From assembly GCA_021613535.1 (NCBI GenBank), contig CP075492.1:19468001-19532000 (forward strand): 64,000 nucleotides of DNA. The letters are read 5' to 3'. Positions within the stretch are counted from its first letter, which is position 1; each line of letters starts with the position of its first letter. A program made the translations under genes and the position numbers. Positions 13,701 through 28,184 of this stretch are shown one piece after another. The notes below the pieces were generated by a model. It did no database searches and was not told the origin of the DNA. It saw only the letters and a list, made by a program, of their open reading frames with translations. This stretch comes from Adineta vaga (taxonomy: Eukaryota > Animalia > Rotifera).

Positions 13701-15287
13701 AGATATATTGCTCCTTTCGTGTGTTTTCTTTCTTCATAACTTGTTTTAGAATTCGAATACTCAATCAAAAACTGTTGAAACTGAAGTATATGTTGCCTCG
13801 GCTCATAGTGGGTTAGTTGAAGAACGGATGAAATTATGCGCCTATTTGTGGGAAAATGGATTCAAAGTATGAAATTTTGTTTGCTCACCAGATTCAAATG
13901 TTTTTATTATAGGCAGAAATGTCAATGAAAGAAAATCCAAAGTTGCTCGATCAATTTCAGTATTGTGAAAAGTGTCGAATCGAATTATGTGTTATCATTG
14001 GCGAGTCTGAATTGAAATCCGGCAATGTCAAAATCCGTAATGTGCCCACTCGAGAACAGGTTTGTATTGATTTATGCTTCTCTACTCTGAAATGCGCAAA
14101 ATATTCATCTGTGTCGTCTTTCCAATATCTAGTGATGTACAGAAGTTCAGAATGTTTTCATCATTTTAAAGATCTTAGAGAATTTGTTTTTGGATTTAAG
14201 TTAAAAATCCACACCCACGTAATTAAGACGAACCATTCCTCCAGCTTCGCCAAAGAAATGAAAATAGATTATCGCTTTAGTATTCAAACTTTACTCATTT
14301 TTTCTGTAAATTTAAAACAAAATCTTTCTTCTAGTTCTTATAGCAAAAAAATGTTTTTTAAAACTTCGAAACAATATTTCTTTTACGCAGTTCCGAAAAC
14401 TTCACTTAGTTTTATATAAATAACTTCAATTTTCTTCCGCTTAAATCTCGAAAATTTGAGACTCGTACAATATCATACATACCATCAATGCTGAAACTTT
14501 GATTTGTAGACGAGCACAAACCTCTTACCATAATCTGACTGATTTCTGTCATAGTAAATAAACGTCAACAAAATACAAAGCCAATGTTAATAAAGGACGT
14601 AAAAGCCGGTTCATAAATAAATATATTAATGTATAAGTTCTTTCTCCACATAAGATACAGTGATTAACCAAGACGTAACAGGCATCGAATACTTTTATTT
14701 AATAAAAAGATGATTGTATGCATATTGTTTTTGTATGTTTATCATACAGTCGATGACTTCTGCATTCATGATTTTTAGAGTAATAAAGTGTTTACTAAAT
14801 GCAATAGTTTTATTCTTTAGAACTGATAATATCCCAGTGTTTTGATCTATAATTCTGGATATTGAATTTAATTGTATTAAAATATTTATAGTTTTATCTC
14901 GAGGTTGAAAATTGGTGGACATTATGTTTTAATAAATTATTTGCAAAATTTTTAGATAGTTTAAAATAATTTTTTTCGAGATTAAGGAGGAAAATCGACC
15001 TGAAAATTTAAAAGAATGAATAGAAATAGACAGGATAAGCCTCATTCGTCCAATTAGTCAGACTATCAGTTCAATAGGTATTTGAACATTCAAAAGTATA
15101 TCAAAAATTCACAAAAGACATTATATGTGCGTTTGACAGTGAGAGTAGAATTATTTGTCTTTATAAACATTGCTTTCTCGTCTATTAGTTCGAAGTATCA
15201 CGTGACCAACTGGCGACTGAACTTCTAGCTCGTCTTACACAATTACGGCAATCAGTAACGACTGCAGCATCACAAGACAGCAATTAA
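10720..15287 (+). CDS. HARS: Histidyl-tRNA synthetase (class IIa), about 11 exons
   Basis: KTPR|[17 protein letters not shown], motif 2 [33 protein letters not shown], motif 3 [10 protein letters not shown], and the anticodon-binding domain. GT-AG exons at approximately 10720-10848, 12044-12113, 12171-12290, 12351-12683, 12977-13075, 13131-13224, 13274-13402, 13450-13698, 13750-13866, 13913-14059 and 15189-15287. Confidence 0.96.
11040..11775. repeat. Degenerate tandem repeat (~162-bp period, ~4.5 copies) in HARS intron 1
   Basis: A RTAGATCTCRACGAGCTCTATCGATCCC-like core recurs at ~11051, 11213, 11375, 11537 and 11701. Confidence 0.8.
11785..11846. repeat. Telomeric-repeat fold-back ending in CACCCTCAAGATGG
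   Basis: AGGGTGGGTGGGTGAGTGTGGGTG-aatacaagaaact-CTCATCCACACACACCCTCAAGATGG. Confidence 0.8.
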
Positions 15288-17267
15288 TGGTTATTTTCAC
15301 TACTCGACGAAATACAATTCTATATATATTTTTATGCTGTCTGTTGACTAAAGAACACTTGATCTCATTATTAATCATTGGCTTTTCTTTTTTCTTATTT
15401 TACCTATTTAATCCAGAGTTTATGAAACAATGCGAACGATGAATCGCTCTAATAAAAGAAATGTCCCTACCAATTCAAGCAGACGAGTTACCAAGGATAA
15501 GAGTATTTAAATGATTCTTGGCTAAATCATGAGAAATGTTCGATATATCCAAAAAACGCATTAATCCAGTTCAAAAAAGGCAAATTTTCACTATATTAGC
15601 CTTAGAATGTTTCAATAGCACCGAATCAGATTGTTTTTTTTACTATTGTTCATTGTAAAAACGAGAAAAGCAAGATATTTTTCGAATCATTTGTGCATTA
15701 CAATCTGCTATCGAGTTCGAACTTTCATCAATAATCAAAGCAATGTCAACATCATCTATTTACTTTCTGATAGTGATTGGAGCTCGGCATCAATCAGTTT
15801 CTCTTGACTATCATCGTGTTTCTATAAACTCACTTTTTCCGAAAAAAATTAAAACTGAGTTTTTTACATAGGAAGATGCGGCGAAGCTTCCTTTTCTCGA
15901 ATATAGGTAGCATTTCGCAATAAGATCAGATTTTCATAGACTTATCAGTAAAAAATTTGATCTCTTTAACCTCATTTTTTTACGAAAAATTGCTGTAATT
16001 GTTGAGTTTAACAAAGACTCCGCAGCCACTTATGGCAGCACTGAATGGAGTATTTTCATGGGTTTGGGTTAAAAAACAGTTTCTGAAATTTCTTCAACAG
16101 TTTTCTCGAAACATGGTTTTTAATTAGAAAAATTGAAATAACTTCCTCCCGATTAAGCCAATATCCAAATTTCTTTTTGTTCTGAAGGTCTCAATGTGTA
16201 TAAATTTGTCATCGACCAGTTTTTTTAAAGTCAATTCTTGGGCTAAGAAAAGTGCCATTTATTATCGCCTTTCCACTCTGATTCGCAGTCTATGCTACGA
16301 AAAACTCATAAAAAAGAAATGGGATAGACTTTCAAAATTCTGCCCGATGAAAAGTTGCGCACAGACACTTGCTTCAATTTGATACCAGCCAGAGCTCGCT
16401 AGCATGTTTCTAGAGGAAGTTATTTCGATCCCAAAAAACGGTCGTAAATCAGTCATAACTCTGATTTAGTACGGTCTCTCGAGCTAAAATTTTTAACAGA
16501 GATGTATCTCATTAGGACTAGTCATCGCTGAAAAGTTTCGGGTCAATTTACAACGTCCTATATAATAGTAAGGTAGTAGATTTTTTGCAACGGCTTGTCT
16601 TTGTAGTTCCTTATGTTTCCCAGCCATGCTAAAAAAAATAGCTCTGGATTTGGAGCAAATAGATGAGAATGAAGATACATAATATTCTGGCTGTGCCTAT
16701 GTATGATTTCAGGATGATGGTATCACAAACATTTTGTAATCAATTTTTGACTTTTGATTTAAAGGCATTTATATAGTGTTATTCAGAATTAAATTCTCTA
16801 TGGAATGTTATATAAACTGACTACCGAACCATGTAAAAACTCTTTTGAAAATAAACAATTGTTTTACCCTTAATAGTCATAAGAAAGACTATTTGGATGA
16901 GTATCGAACCAAGGGAAAGGTTTGACCGATCGAGCTGGAACTTATAGAGATAACTGCTAACTGTGGACTCTACAACTGCTGATAGTTGCACATCAAGCTA
17001 CCTTTACTTTCTAATTGGGTCGAAGTTCCTATAAAATGTCCCCCATCCTTTCTGCCAAGCATTTTCGCAGCAAGTCGGCAGGAATAACATCAGCTTTCCG
17101 CGAATAAATTTGGCCGAGATGACATCAATTTAATCCCACCTCCGCCACACCCTAAAATAATCGAGAAACTTGATCGGTTCGTGAAAAAAAACCCAATAAA
17201 AGATAAAAATAACCAACTATGCGTTTTGCATTTTTTCCCAGTCTTTATCAAAACATTGCATACAAGA

Positions 17268-17355
17268 CTGACTAAAATCAGACGATATCACTTATCACGC
17301 TGACTAAAATCAAACAATATGACTTAGCACGCTGACTAAAAGCAAGCAGATATCA
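17268..17355. repeat. 32-bp tandem repeat (~2.7 copies) upstream of HAL
   Basis: CTGACTAAAATCA...TTA(T/G)CACG repeated at 17268, 17301 and 17333. Confidence 0.75.
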
Positions 17356-17558
17356 TGATTGGAAAATATCAATATATAAAAGTAGGCCTATAAAAGGAAC
17401 ATTAACAAACTAAAATAACATTTCTCATCATTGTATTGATCTTGTTATACAAAAACTAAAACAGGTAGGACGATCAAATCACATGCATTGTTACTTAAGT
17501 GGAAAGTCATCATAGTTAAATGCATAGGCAAAACAAAAGTTGAAAATTACTATAGAAC

Positions 17559-17730
17559 AGGGTGTTGGTGTGGGTGAGGGTGAGAGTGAGGATGGGTGTG
17601 GGTGCGGGTGCGGGTGGGTGTGCGTGTGGTTCTGATTCTGCCCCTGCGACTAGGTGAGGATGGGTGTGGGTGTTAGATAGATGTAATACTAACACCTACA
17701 ACCACACACCCACACTCACATTCTCACCCA
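17559..17730. repeat. Long telomeric-repeat fold-back, probably in the HAL 5' UTR intron
   Basis: Degenerate (TGTGGG/TGAGGG)n tract, spacer ttagatagatgtaatactaa, then a CACCCACAC-type tract. A donor CAG|GTAGG lies at ~17464 and an acceptor at ~17833. Confidence 0.75.
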
Positions 17731-17843
17731 TCCGTCATCTTTCGGCATCCCCGATCAGCGGGATATGTGACAACACTCGAAACATCACAGACTTTGGAAT
17801 GCATTTATGTTTTTCCTTTTTTTTATCTGCTAGGAGAAAAGCT

Positions 17844-20800
17844 ATGGTATTCTGTATTCCGGTTAAAATTAGTCATACAGATGAAACATTTCTCATTCCA
17901 TGCCAAACAGGCAAAGAGACCATTGAATGGATTTGCAAAACTGCATATGCAAGGTAATTATAAATTTAAAAAATCTTGTGTATAGTGCAACGTGTTCTAA
18001 ATACATTACTACAAGATATACAAAAATATATTCTGATGCATCCGTATGTCATCTTTTCATGGCTCGACGTGTTTCTGATCGAAGTCGTTTGTGGTTAGAT
18101 GACTGTGTCGAACAAGTATTGAAGGACAACGAGCTGATACAGATGGGTAAAATTCATATATTATCAAATATTATTACTATTTTTGATATGTACATTTTGC
18201 ATCTAGATGTGATGAGAGCTTTCGATGACCAACAAGCCAATAGCATCATCACGTAAGTTTTCTTTCATAAAAAAATGAGTATCTATTTCATCTAATGTCA
18301 TTTGATAGAGATGAAGAGCGCAAGGTAAGATTAAAATACAATGCATCGAATATGATGATAAAAATTCATACATAAATTAACAGGTCGTAACAATTGATGG
18401 TTTGAACATGACACCTAGTGATCTTGTTCGTCTTGGGTCTGGTGAATATCAGATTGAGGTTTTCATAAAATAAAAATGTTGTTCTAAATTCTGTTAAAAC
18501 TATTTATTCTCTAGTTGTCATCAGACACATGGGAATTGATTCGACGAGGACGACAAGTTGTTGATAACATTATCAGCGAGAAAAAAGGTTTATTTTTTCC
18601 CTTCAAAATAAATAATAGTATATTTCCTTGGCATATAGTTGTATATGGAATCAATACTGGTTTCGGTCCATTTGCAAAAACGATCATTCCTGATGACCAA
18701 CTTTAGTGAGTCTGTCTTGAAACACATATTTGAACAGATAAAGATGAAAATGTATTGTATTCCGCAATGTTAACCAATGTGAACGTCTAAAGACTAACCT
18801 TTGACCACACAACGAAACATGAGTATAATAGCGAGAACCAATGCCAGAACCAAATTCGAGAGCTAGACCGAAGTAGAATGGGAAGAAATTTAGGTTCGAG
18901 TGAACTCTAGGGATTTCAGTAATGTATATAACTAGTTAATTGTCGACGAATTTCAATATGTTGATGGTTAATAGTTTGCGTCAGAATTGAGCAGAACTGA
19001 ATTTGTAATATTCAATATTATGGAAGAGAATAGCTATGCTCAACTAGAAACTAATACTAAAATACAACAGATCTTTCGACATAGTGTTTTTATTTGATAT
19101 TTAGATTTTATTATCTTAATTCAATAATCTAGGACTAAAATTTCTACTCTGAAACTACTTTTAAGTAGATGTTTGCCTTTTGTTCACTTATCGACGCATT
19201 TATGTTTTATCGAGCTCTATCAGAATATGTGAAAGAGTTAAAGAAAAAAATAAATTTTCATGTACAATTGAAAAACAACATTTTTAATGACCGTAATGTT
19301 TTCGTGATACTGTCGACTGTAAAAAAAAGGCGCACAATACATAACCCTTCATGGGTTTATTAACGTACAAAGTATTTCATAAAAGTTAAAAAATCTTAAG
19401 CCGGACAAATCGGAAACTCTTTATGGATGATCGAAGAACAAAATATCCTTGTCCGCAGATTTTGAAACCCTATATGAACAATTTTATATTGAGGGAATTT
19501 TATCGGTCGCACAGAAGATGTTTATCACTAACTTTCATGGTAAAATACCCTTGTTTTTATAAAACATTCGGTTCGAAAATCTTTGAAGGGTCTATAGAAG
19601 CTACGATGTTGAGTAAGAGTTTTATAAAGAAATATAAAAGTATAGAACTAACCAAATCAAACTCCTATTCGTTTTATGACTTTTCATAGTTTCTTTTGTA
19701 TTATAATTTAGCGAACTACAATCTCGCTTGATTCTTTCGCATTGTGCGGGTGTTGGTGAACCATTAAAAAACGAACGAGCTCGAATGATTTTTGCTTTAC
19801 GAATCAACGTTCTTTGTAAGGGTTACTCAGGTGTTTCGGAAGAAACGTTACGCAAAGCAATTGCAATATTCAACAGTAAGTCATATATGTGTATACACAC
19901 ATATTGTGGATTATAATTATATCTAATCTTAGAATCATGCGTACCTGAGATTCCTTGTCAAGGCTCAGTAGGTGCTTCTGGTGATCTAGCACCGTTAGCT
20001 CATTTAAGTGCAGGTATGTATAAATCATTTTTGACGTACTATTGTTCAGGCAGACAAGTCTAACAGATGCGTTCTTTTTTTTCAAATTTGTCTACCAATA
20101 AGTATTGTTTGTTTGTTTGTGCTTATGATATCCTTTGTAGCTCTGATGGGTACTGGTCGAATGTGGTCACCGACAACTGGCTGGGGAAATGCAAAGGATG
20201 TTCTTGAACGGAATGGACTGACACCAATTGTTTACAAACCGAAAGAAGTAAGAAATATCATGTAATAGATCGAATAGGAATAAGAATATCTTATCTTCAT
20301 GTTATAACGCTTAGATATAATGAAAAGTAATTGTTTTTTTTAGTAGTATTTCGGACGGTTTTTCAGTTTATTAGCAGTATTAATCTTCAGATAAAATTTA
20401 TTTTTCTGAAGATAGTTTGAAGAAAATCGGTTTTAGTACGATTTAATAAAGAAACATTTGTCTGAACAATAATTTCCGTTGTTTACTATTCATACTATCA
20501 TTCAATGTAGGGTTTAGCTATGATCAATGGAACACAATTCATCACTGCCTTGGGAGCAGAAGGTAGGAGAAACGAAATGAAACAAATCATTCAATATTCA
20601 ATCTCATTTTTCGTCTAGCTATCGAACGAGCAGTCTCATTAGCACGTCAAGCAGATGTTATTGCAGCATTAAGTGTCGAAGGATTACGTGGCACCGTTCG
20701 TGCATTCCATCCAGGTCAGTTTTTACTCACAAATTCTTTGTAAATATCATCTTATTAATTATTAAGGTATCCATTCATCACGACCTTATGTAGGTCAGAA

Positions 20801-22146
20801 TTTGGTCGCACAACGAATGCGTTCATTGCTTCATTCCACAATTCATTCGTCTGAGATTTATGAAAAGCATAAAGTGTGTGAAAAAGTACAAGATCCGTAT
20901 TCTATTCGATGTATTCCACAGGTTTGAAATTTAAATAAGTTTTTTTTATTGCACGTTCACATAGTTTTCTATCTATATAAAGGTTCATGGTATTGCATGG
21001 GATACAATTATGTTTGCCAAAAATTTGATTAAAGTAGAGATGAATAGTGCTACTGATAATCCACTTGTCATGATTGACACAAATGACATTGTCTCGGGTG
21101 GCAATTTTCACGGCGAATATCCTGCTAAAGTGGGCTTCATCTATATCCTATGTGTTTTGTCTATTTGATCTTTTTATTTTTATTTTCAAGGCTTTGGATT
21201 ATTTGGCAATTGGTGTGCATGAACTTGGTAGTATGAGTGAATGTCGTGCGACACTACTTGTTACAGGAACCATGAGTAAATTGCCTCCTTTTCTCACTAA
21301 TAATGGTGGTCTCAATTCGGGTTTTATGATTCCTCAATATGCGGCAGCTGCTTTAGGTAATATACAGAGAATTATTATTATTATTAATACTAGAGTGATT
21401 TGTTAAAATTTGCACTCTTCAAAAACGGATAGAAATCTTATAATTCTGAGTGAAAATCAATCAATTAGATTTCATAAACTTGAAAGAGAACTTTTGCAAA
21501 TGTTGAGCAAAATATCGCGTTTTTCGTATTCATTCTCTATGAAATACAATATATGGGTACGATTAATTAGATGAACGATTTCTATTTTTTTTTAGTATCC
21601 GAAAATAAAGTTCTATGTCATCCATCATCGGTTGACAGTATTCCAACAAGTGCTGGACAAGAGGATCATGTCTCTATGGGTGCCTGGTCAGCTCGTAAAG
21701 CGCTAATGGTAGTCGAGAATGTTGAAAAAAGTAATTTCAGCCGAAGTCTATGTTCTGACTTGAATATGAATATACGAATATATTTTATCTAGTTTTGGCA
21801 ATTGAGCTTCTCATGGCTTGTCAAGCTATTGATTTATTGCATCCTGAAACGACAACACCTCCACTAGAAGCTATTCATAAGTTGGTTCGACAAACTATTG
21901 AGTACGTAAAAAAGTTTTTCTTTTACAGTAAAAATGATATTTTATTGATATATAGTAAATGGGATGATGATCGATTCATGGCGCCTCTTATGGAAGAAGC
22001 AATTCGTCTCATCAAATCTGGCATTGTAAGTACAATCAGATAAATTTTAATGATTGAATTGTCCTATATATTTATTTTAGCTTTGGAAAACTGTTGAACC
22101 TTTTATTCAACAATATCTCGATGGGACTCAGCATCAACAGAATTAA
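17844..22146 (+). CDS. HAL: Histidine ammonia-lyase (histidase), multi-exon, with the metazoan N-terminal Par3/HAL ubiquitin-like domain
   Basis: [21 protein letters not shown]-forming [14 protein letters not shown] (~19962-20003), KPKE|[21 protein letters not shown]|[49 protein letters not shown]. Ends in QHQQN*. Confidence 0.96.
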
Positions 22147-22785
22147 GCGTTAAATAATTGACAGTCTGAGATTACATTATTGTTTATTATTTTACATTAA
22201 TACATATATATATATACTAATCCGTACCCGATAAAAACAGACATTCCAGTTTCCTAATAGTGAGAGCCATGTATTCTTGTTCTTGGCTTTTTATGTACCT
22301 ATAACTGTATCCTATTGACATGAATAGTCTGATGATAATAAACTAGAGGGATCTAATAAATTTACAATTATTTTGATAAGTTTAACTGATAAAAGGATCT
22401 AGTTTTTTCAGATAAAATAATAATCCTAAATTAAAACAAAAATTGCTTCTACATATTACACAAAAATATCATTTAACATTGTTCCGTATTAGAAACTGTA
22501 GTCGATTTCACATTGAGATATATCTGTTGCGAAACCCTTAATCGAGTTTAATCCACTACTTTTTTTTACTGGATTCCAATATGATGCGCTGTGTTCCATG
22601 ATATAGTAAATTCTTATTTTCAGAAAATTCAAATAATTTGACCTCTTAGAGAAATTTCACTGGAATTCTAATCGATAGTTTTAGAAATAAGTGCAAACAA
22701 TTGACTTTATTGAAGAGCATATGATTGAAGTGACTCTAATTTAAAGTAGGATAGGGTTGAGTAAGGGTAAGTGTAGGAATTTATC

Positions 22786-22820
22786 CCTTTCCAGCCGGAT
22801 GTTGCCATTTGGCAACATTT
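22786..22820 (+). mobile_element. Orphan piggyBac-like left terminus
   Basis: TTAT|CCCTTTCCAGCCGG followed by the palindrome ATGTTGCCATTTGGCAACAT. Resembles the CCCTTT ends of the other piggyBacs in the window; no matching right end identified. Confidence 0.35.
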
Positions 22821-24346
22821 TACTAATGTCAATATAAGTTATTATCATATGATATAGTCATGTAAAATTAAAATTATAATTAAATAATAAATACAATAAA
22901 GTATATGAAGATAGAATAATTCATAATCGAATTTTCAATCTCTCTAAAATATTTTCTAATAAAATACATTTAATGATAACTAAAAGACAAATGTACTTAA
23001 AAAAAAACTAAATATCATAAATATTTTTTATTTATTACAAAATTCTTTGTCATATTTCGACATCTATTCTATCGGATCTCATTTCTATACAAACGATATT
23101 TATTGTTATGTATAGTTTATTTGATTTTTAATAAAACAAAGTACCTAAAAAGGTTAATAACCTATCTCCAATGAGAATACAGTGGGAAAAAACCAAGTAA
23201 ATCATTGACGTCACATACCTTTTAATAATATTATAAATAATTGTGTCTAGCCATGTGTTATGTTGTTCGAGCGATGCGCAAGACAGAACAAACAAAAAGG
23301 TAATAATGTATATTCACAAAATGGATGCAATATCTGATTGAGACAGCATGGAAAATTATATCATGTAATGTATTTGTTATCAAAAAAGAAAGTATAATTT
23401 AGAAACATCCATATAAACAAGATAATATTTTATACTTTTACTTAAAGCACAATATTACTAGATTATATTGTTATTCTATTCGCATCGCATTTTTTTTCTC
23501 GTACGATTTCAACAAGTAAGGTGATTTCCTTTCAAATGATACTGTTTTTTTTATAATGTTTGAAGAATTATGGAAATATTAACCATACGTTTTTTTATTC
23601 TCAAAACAGTATCATTTCATTTTTATTATTTTATTTTGATACCAAAATTATTGTTTCCTAGAAGACAAATATTTACCTAGTATTTCACAAAATGAACATC
23701 AGTAATAAGTTTTAATAAATTTATTCTGCATAAAAATCAATTCTAATATAAATATTTTATTTAATTTTGTTAAAACCATTGTCTTCCGTCAACTATACGA
23801 CATCGATGTTTAATGTCGATTTATAAGTAATTGTTCGACAAATGTTGATCGAATCTGAAGAGTGAATTAACATAAAAATATCATCCCTGTACTTCTTGAG
23901 AAATGAATGTAAATTAATTTGTATTCTAATACAAATACAATATTGTTTGTAAAAAGATAATGACATAAGAAAATCGTCTATATATACATTCCCTTATCGT
24001 TCTGTTCCAAAAACGATACTCTTTATGAAATTTTCTTTCGTTCTTTAAATCTTCACATTAAACACGCGTTTACACACATCGATCGGTCGGAAAACGCGAC
24101 TACGAGCTTATAACCTAATTTAACTTCGAAAGAACATATATAAACAATCAAATTCTTTTAATAAAATAAAGTTGCCATTGTCTACAATAGTGTTATACAA
24201 AACTCTCTCTCTCTCATCGTGACAAGTTTTGAAAATTGAACTTATATTTTCCATTAATCGGTTGAATAAATTTTATCTCTATTTGAAATATTTAATCTTA
24301 TTGATAATAGTTAACGATGATTATTTTAGACATCATTCAAATAAAA

Positions 24347-27300
24347 ATGGTGACAATTTCTATGGATGTACCAACATATCAAATTAGTGACAATGAACTT
24401 GAAAATCTTCCTAGTTATCTTTATCAATACGAAGAAGTTTTAAAAGAATATGGTGCAATTAAAATCCAACTTAACAATGATTGTAAATTAGCTTTAAAAA
24501 AACGGCCAAAAGATTTGCCCACACATGAAATAAACAAAGAAATTGTTAAAATGAATTCAAATAATCTTATTTATTTGGTTGAAAACTGTAACGAAATAAA
24601 TCAATGTGATAATTACAGTTTATTGACACAAAGCGAAAATCAGTTTTGGTCTCGATTAGCTTCATTGAATAAACGACAACTCGGTATTTCATTTTTACCA
24701 AACAAAAGTTTTTTTTCCGAAAAAACTGCTCGAATTTATTTTGATATTCATCGTATACCGCGTCAATCAATCCTTCAAATCTCTGGGAAAAAAGTTATTA
24801 ATCAATTAGTTCCATGTATTAAAAGAGCTCATAGAAGAGATGCTATTTTCCCGTTAAGTTCTATTTATCAACATCTTTTCTCAGTAGATTATCACCATGA
24901 AGGTGGAAATCATCATTGGTATGTCGTTCCAAATAGTCAACGAGAGCGTTTACAAAATATCATCAATCGTGAAAATTCGTCGATTTGTCTTGATCATCAA
25001 CAAATATTTCTTCATCCATCCTTTTTCGAGAAAAATCATATTCGTTATCATAAAATAATTCAATCTCGAAACGAATTCGTAATATTATCATCTGGAGCTC
25101 TATTTCAGTCTTATACAGAAGATGCCAGTTGGAGTGAATCAATCGATTTTGCTTTACCAAGCTGGATTACACAACATTATGAGCATAAATCAAGTTCATT
25201 ATGTAAATGTCATTCTTCTTCATCAATATTAATTTATAGGAATTTATTTCCAAATGATCTCGTACAAAAATATATTCAGTCATTATCCAAATCTATTAAT
25301 GATAATAAATCAAATCTATCGACAGGTTTCATTTATAATTATTATTAATATTATTATTTAAAAAATCTCTTTTAGTTGATAATCAAATAGGAATCTCTAC
25401 AACTTCAGCATCAACCAGCAGTATCAAAACAAATTCTTTAAATGGTATTAAATTTTTCAATTTATTATGAATTAATTCTTTTAGCTTTATAGTATTAGTA
25501 TGAATCTACCTTGGAAATAAATCTGACTTTTATGTGTATGAGAGCTTTCATATATCGAAAAGATATTTTGTCCATTTAGAATCTTTTCAAAACAAAACAA
25601 TGACAAAAAAAATATTTAAAAATGATTATTTTCATTATATCTTGTTAATAAGAATAAAGGAAAACGAATGAGAACAAGCTTTTAGCTGAAAACTTTTTGA
25701 ACTTTTCATTAATTCAATGCTCTCTATTAAATTATGTATGAATGAAGGAAATCGGCGTTAAACACTTCGGAAATTTCTCCTATTAGAATTATTTTATTCA
25801 GAACAGTATCTATATACATTGTGGTCCATGATCTATCAGGAAAAAAAATCCAAAAATATACTTTTTTATTTCATTACTTATGAATCACCTTGTAGATATT
25901 CAATGAATTAAACATGGTTTTCTAATCATATATTTTCTTATTATTTAGATGCTATGGAAAGATCAACCAATGTGAAAGTTCCCTTATCACGACAAGAAAT
26001 TTTCTCATCTTCTCAGTCTTCGTTACCATCATCAATAAATCGACCTTTAAATGACTACACATCGAAAAATAATCGAGATAATAATGTTCAAAGTCCATGT
26101 CAATCATCAGAGTAAGTCAAATACAGCTAAATAATTTGTTTAATACCAAATGAAAGTGTAAGATATATTGAAAAAAAATCTTTTTCTCTTTTTTAATAAT
26201 TTATGATTTTGATTATCACTAAAACATCTTATCTTAAATGACAATCGAACAAATCAATACTTTTAATATTGTTTCCTTATATAAAACGAAAATCAAATTA
26301 AAAACTTCACTTGTTAGTTAGAAATCTCATCTTGATTGAATCGTTTAAATTTTTTCACACAAATATCAATATAAATTAATAGATTATTTTCTATGAATGT
26401 CGATTATTAAAAGAAAACAAGTAAATGACAATATATTCTTATTAATATCATATATGAGTTGTTAATAATATTGTTCTTACTATGAATCACAGTTCTGTTC
26501 TTTTATTGTTGTTATTATATTTTAGTGAAAGCAATTTTGAATGCTTCTTTGGAGAAAAAACGTTTGACGTTATTATGGTCGACTCTATGTTGAATAAACA
26601 TTTGGCTGAATTAAGAAAAGATTCAAAAACGTCTTTTCAAATGACTCCAATGTCTTCAAGTATTAAGCAAGATTTCATTAATAATTGTGATGAATACAAT
26701 CAATTTCTTTCATATGAAGAATTAATGGATACTTTACCATCGATTATCAATTCTGTTGAATCACAAACCAATGAAACTAATCAACATCAGACAATGGTAG
26801 GTAATGATCATCATTCTGGGACAATTTTCACTTTCATTGTTTTGATTAAACAACAGAACAAAAAACAGTAGTGAACTACGTGGGTGTGAGTGTCGGTTAG
26901 AAAAAGTTTTGAATCGTTTTCTCTTATATAAAGTTGCTGGATCAGTTCGTCTTGGCGTTGATTTCGAACATAATATTCATTTTGTTCTGAATTTGCGTTA
27001 GAATTATGAAAATCGTAAAATACAGACAATTTTGACTCTTTTTTTTAATGATCCAATCAATAAAATGGGGAAATATGTTGAGTTTTTTTTAACAATAATA
27101 AGAACTTGTTTCAGAACTCATACATAGTTTTTTAGTAATTATATTTAGGAAATCTTTTTATCAATAAGAGTATTTCGTGTCTTCTTATCTATGAAATTTT
27201 CTACATAATAATCTTGTGTTTGAGAATCAATTATATAAAATGCTTTTTATTCAACGAGGTTTTTACCAATCTATTTAGAACAATCTGCCATCAGATCTAT

Positions 27301-27694
27301 TCAACTCATGTTCAACGACTATCAATAGAAACAATCATCTGAGGCGACAGAACATAGTTAGTCGATCAATCGATGATTATAAAACATTATTTGTTTCAGG
27401 ATTAAAACACAGTGTAAATATAAAAGATATTTACAAGCATTTTAATGGTTATGTAAAAGTAACACTAAAACAACATCACACAACATCAAATCTTAAGTAT
27501 GTCGTTCATATTATTTATTTGATCATCAAATCAAAAATCCTTTGTTTAGATATGCATTTGTACTTCATCGTACATCACAAGATGCTGAATCAAATCTTCA
27601 AAGACCTATTGATTTCGATCTTTTTGGACCCAAATGTCGCGTTGAATATGCAAGAGGAAAACGGCAGACTCCGCGATTACATGGCTCTACTTGA
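24347..27694 (+). CDS. JmjN/JmjC (KDM4/KDM5-like) domain protein, probably catalytically inactive, with a C-terminal RRM
   Basis: JmjN-like VPTYQISDNELENLPSYL...EYGAIKI. JmjC-like LFSVDYHHEGGNHHWYVVP and IIQSRNEFVI...SESIDFALPSW. Ser-rich linker exons. RRM across exons 27279-27498 and 27550-27694 (TLFVSGL...K|YAFV...CRVEYARG). Confidence 0.75.
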
Positions 27695-28184
27695 ATACAT
27701 TCTTGTATAAAGATCTTATAGTATTCTTCCTTTTTGCTGTATAGTCAAGGTCAGAATCCTGATGAAGACAATATGTTTGTCTTTCTTGTCGGGATAGTTA
27801 CTCGAGTCAATATTCAAGATACCTGTTGGATCACCACGATCAACGCCAATTGTAAAAAAAAAAACATCTATTTTATTAGAGACTATAGAAATCGTTCAAT
27901 AAATGTTTGTTTAAAAAAGGATGTATATATTAATATTAATTCCCTCAACTGAAAGAAGGGTTTTGTGGCGAAAAACTCAAAGAAAGCAATTCTGTTTCAA
28001 TCATCACCGAAATACATAAATTTTTCACTTGAACAAATGATTATCTCATTAAATTTTGAATCAGAAGTATATTTAAATTCTAAACAATTGATATGCGAAG
28101 ATATGGAAATAATTACTTATTATTTAATACGAAATAATACGATAAAAAAAAAGTATTTTCTATTTATTTTTAATATATCATTTT

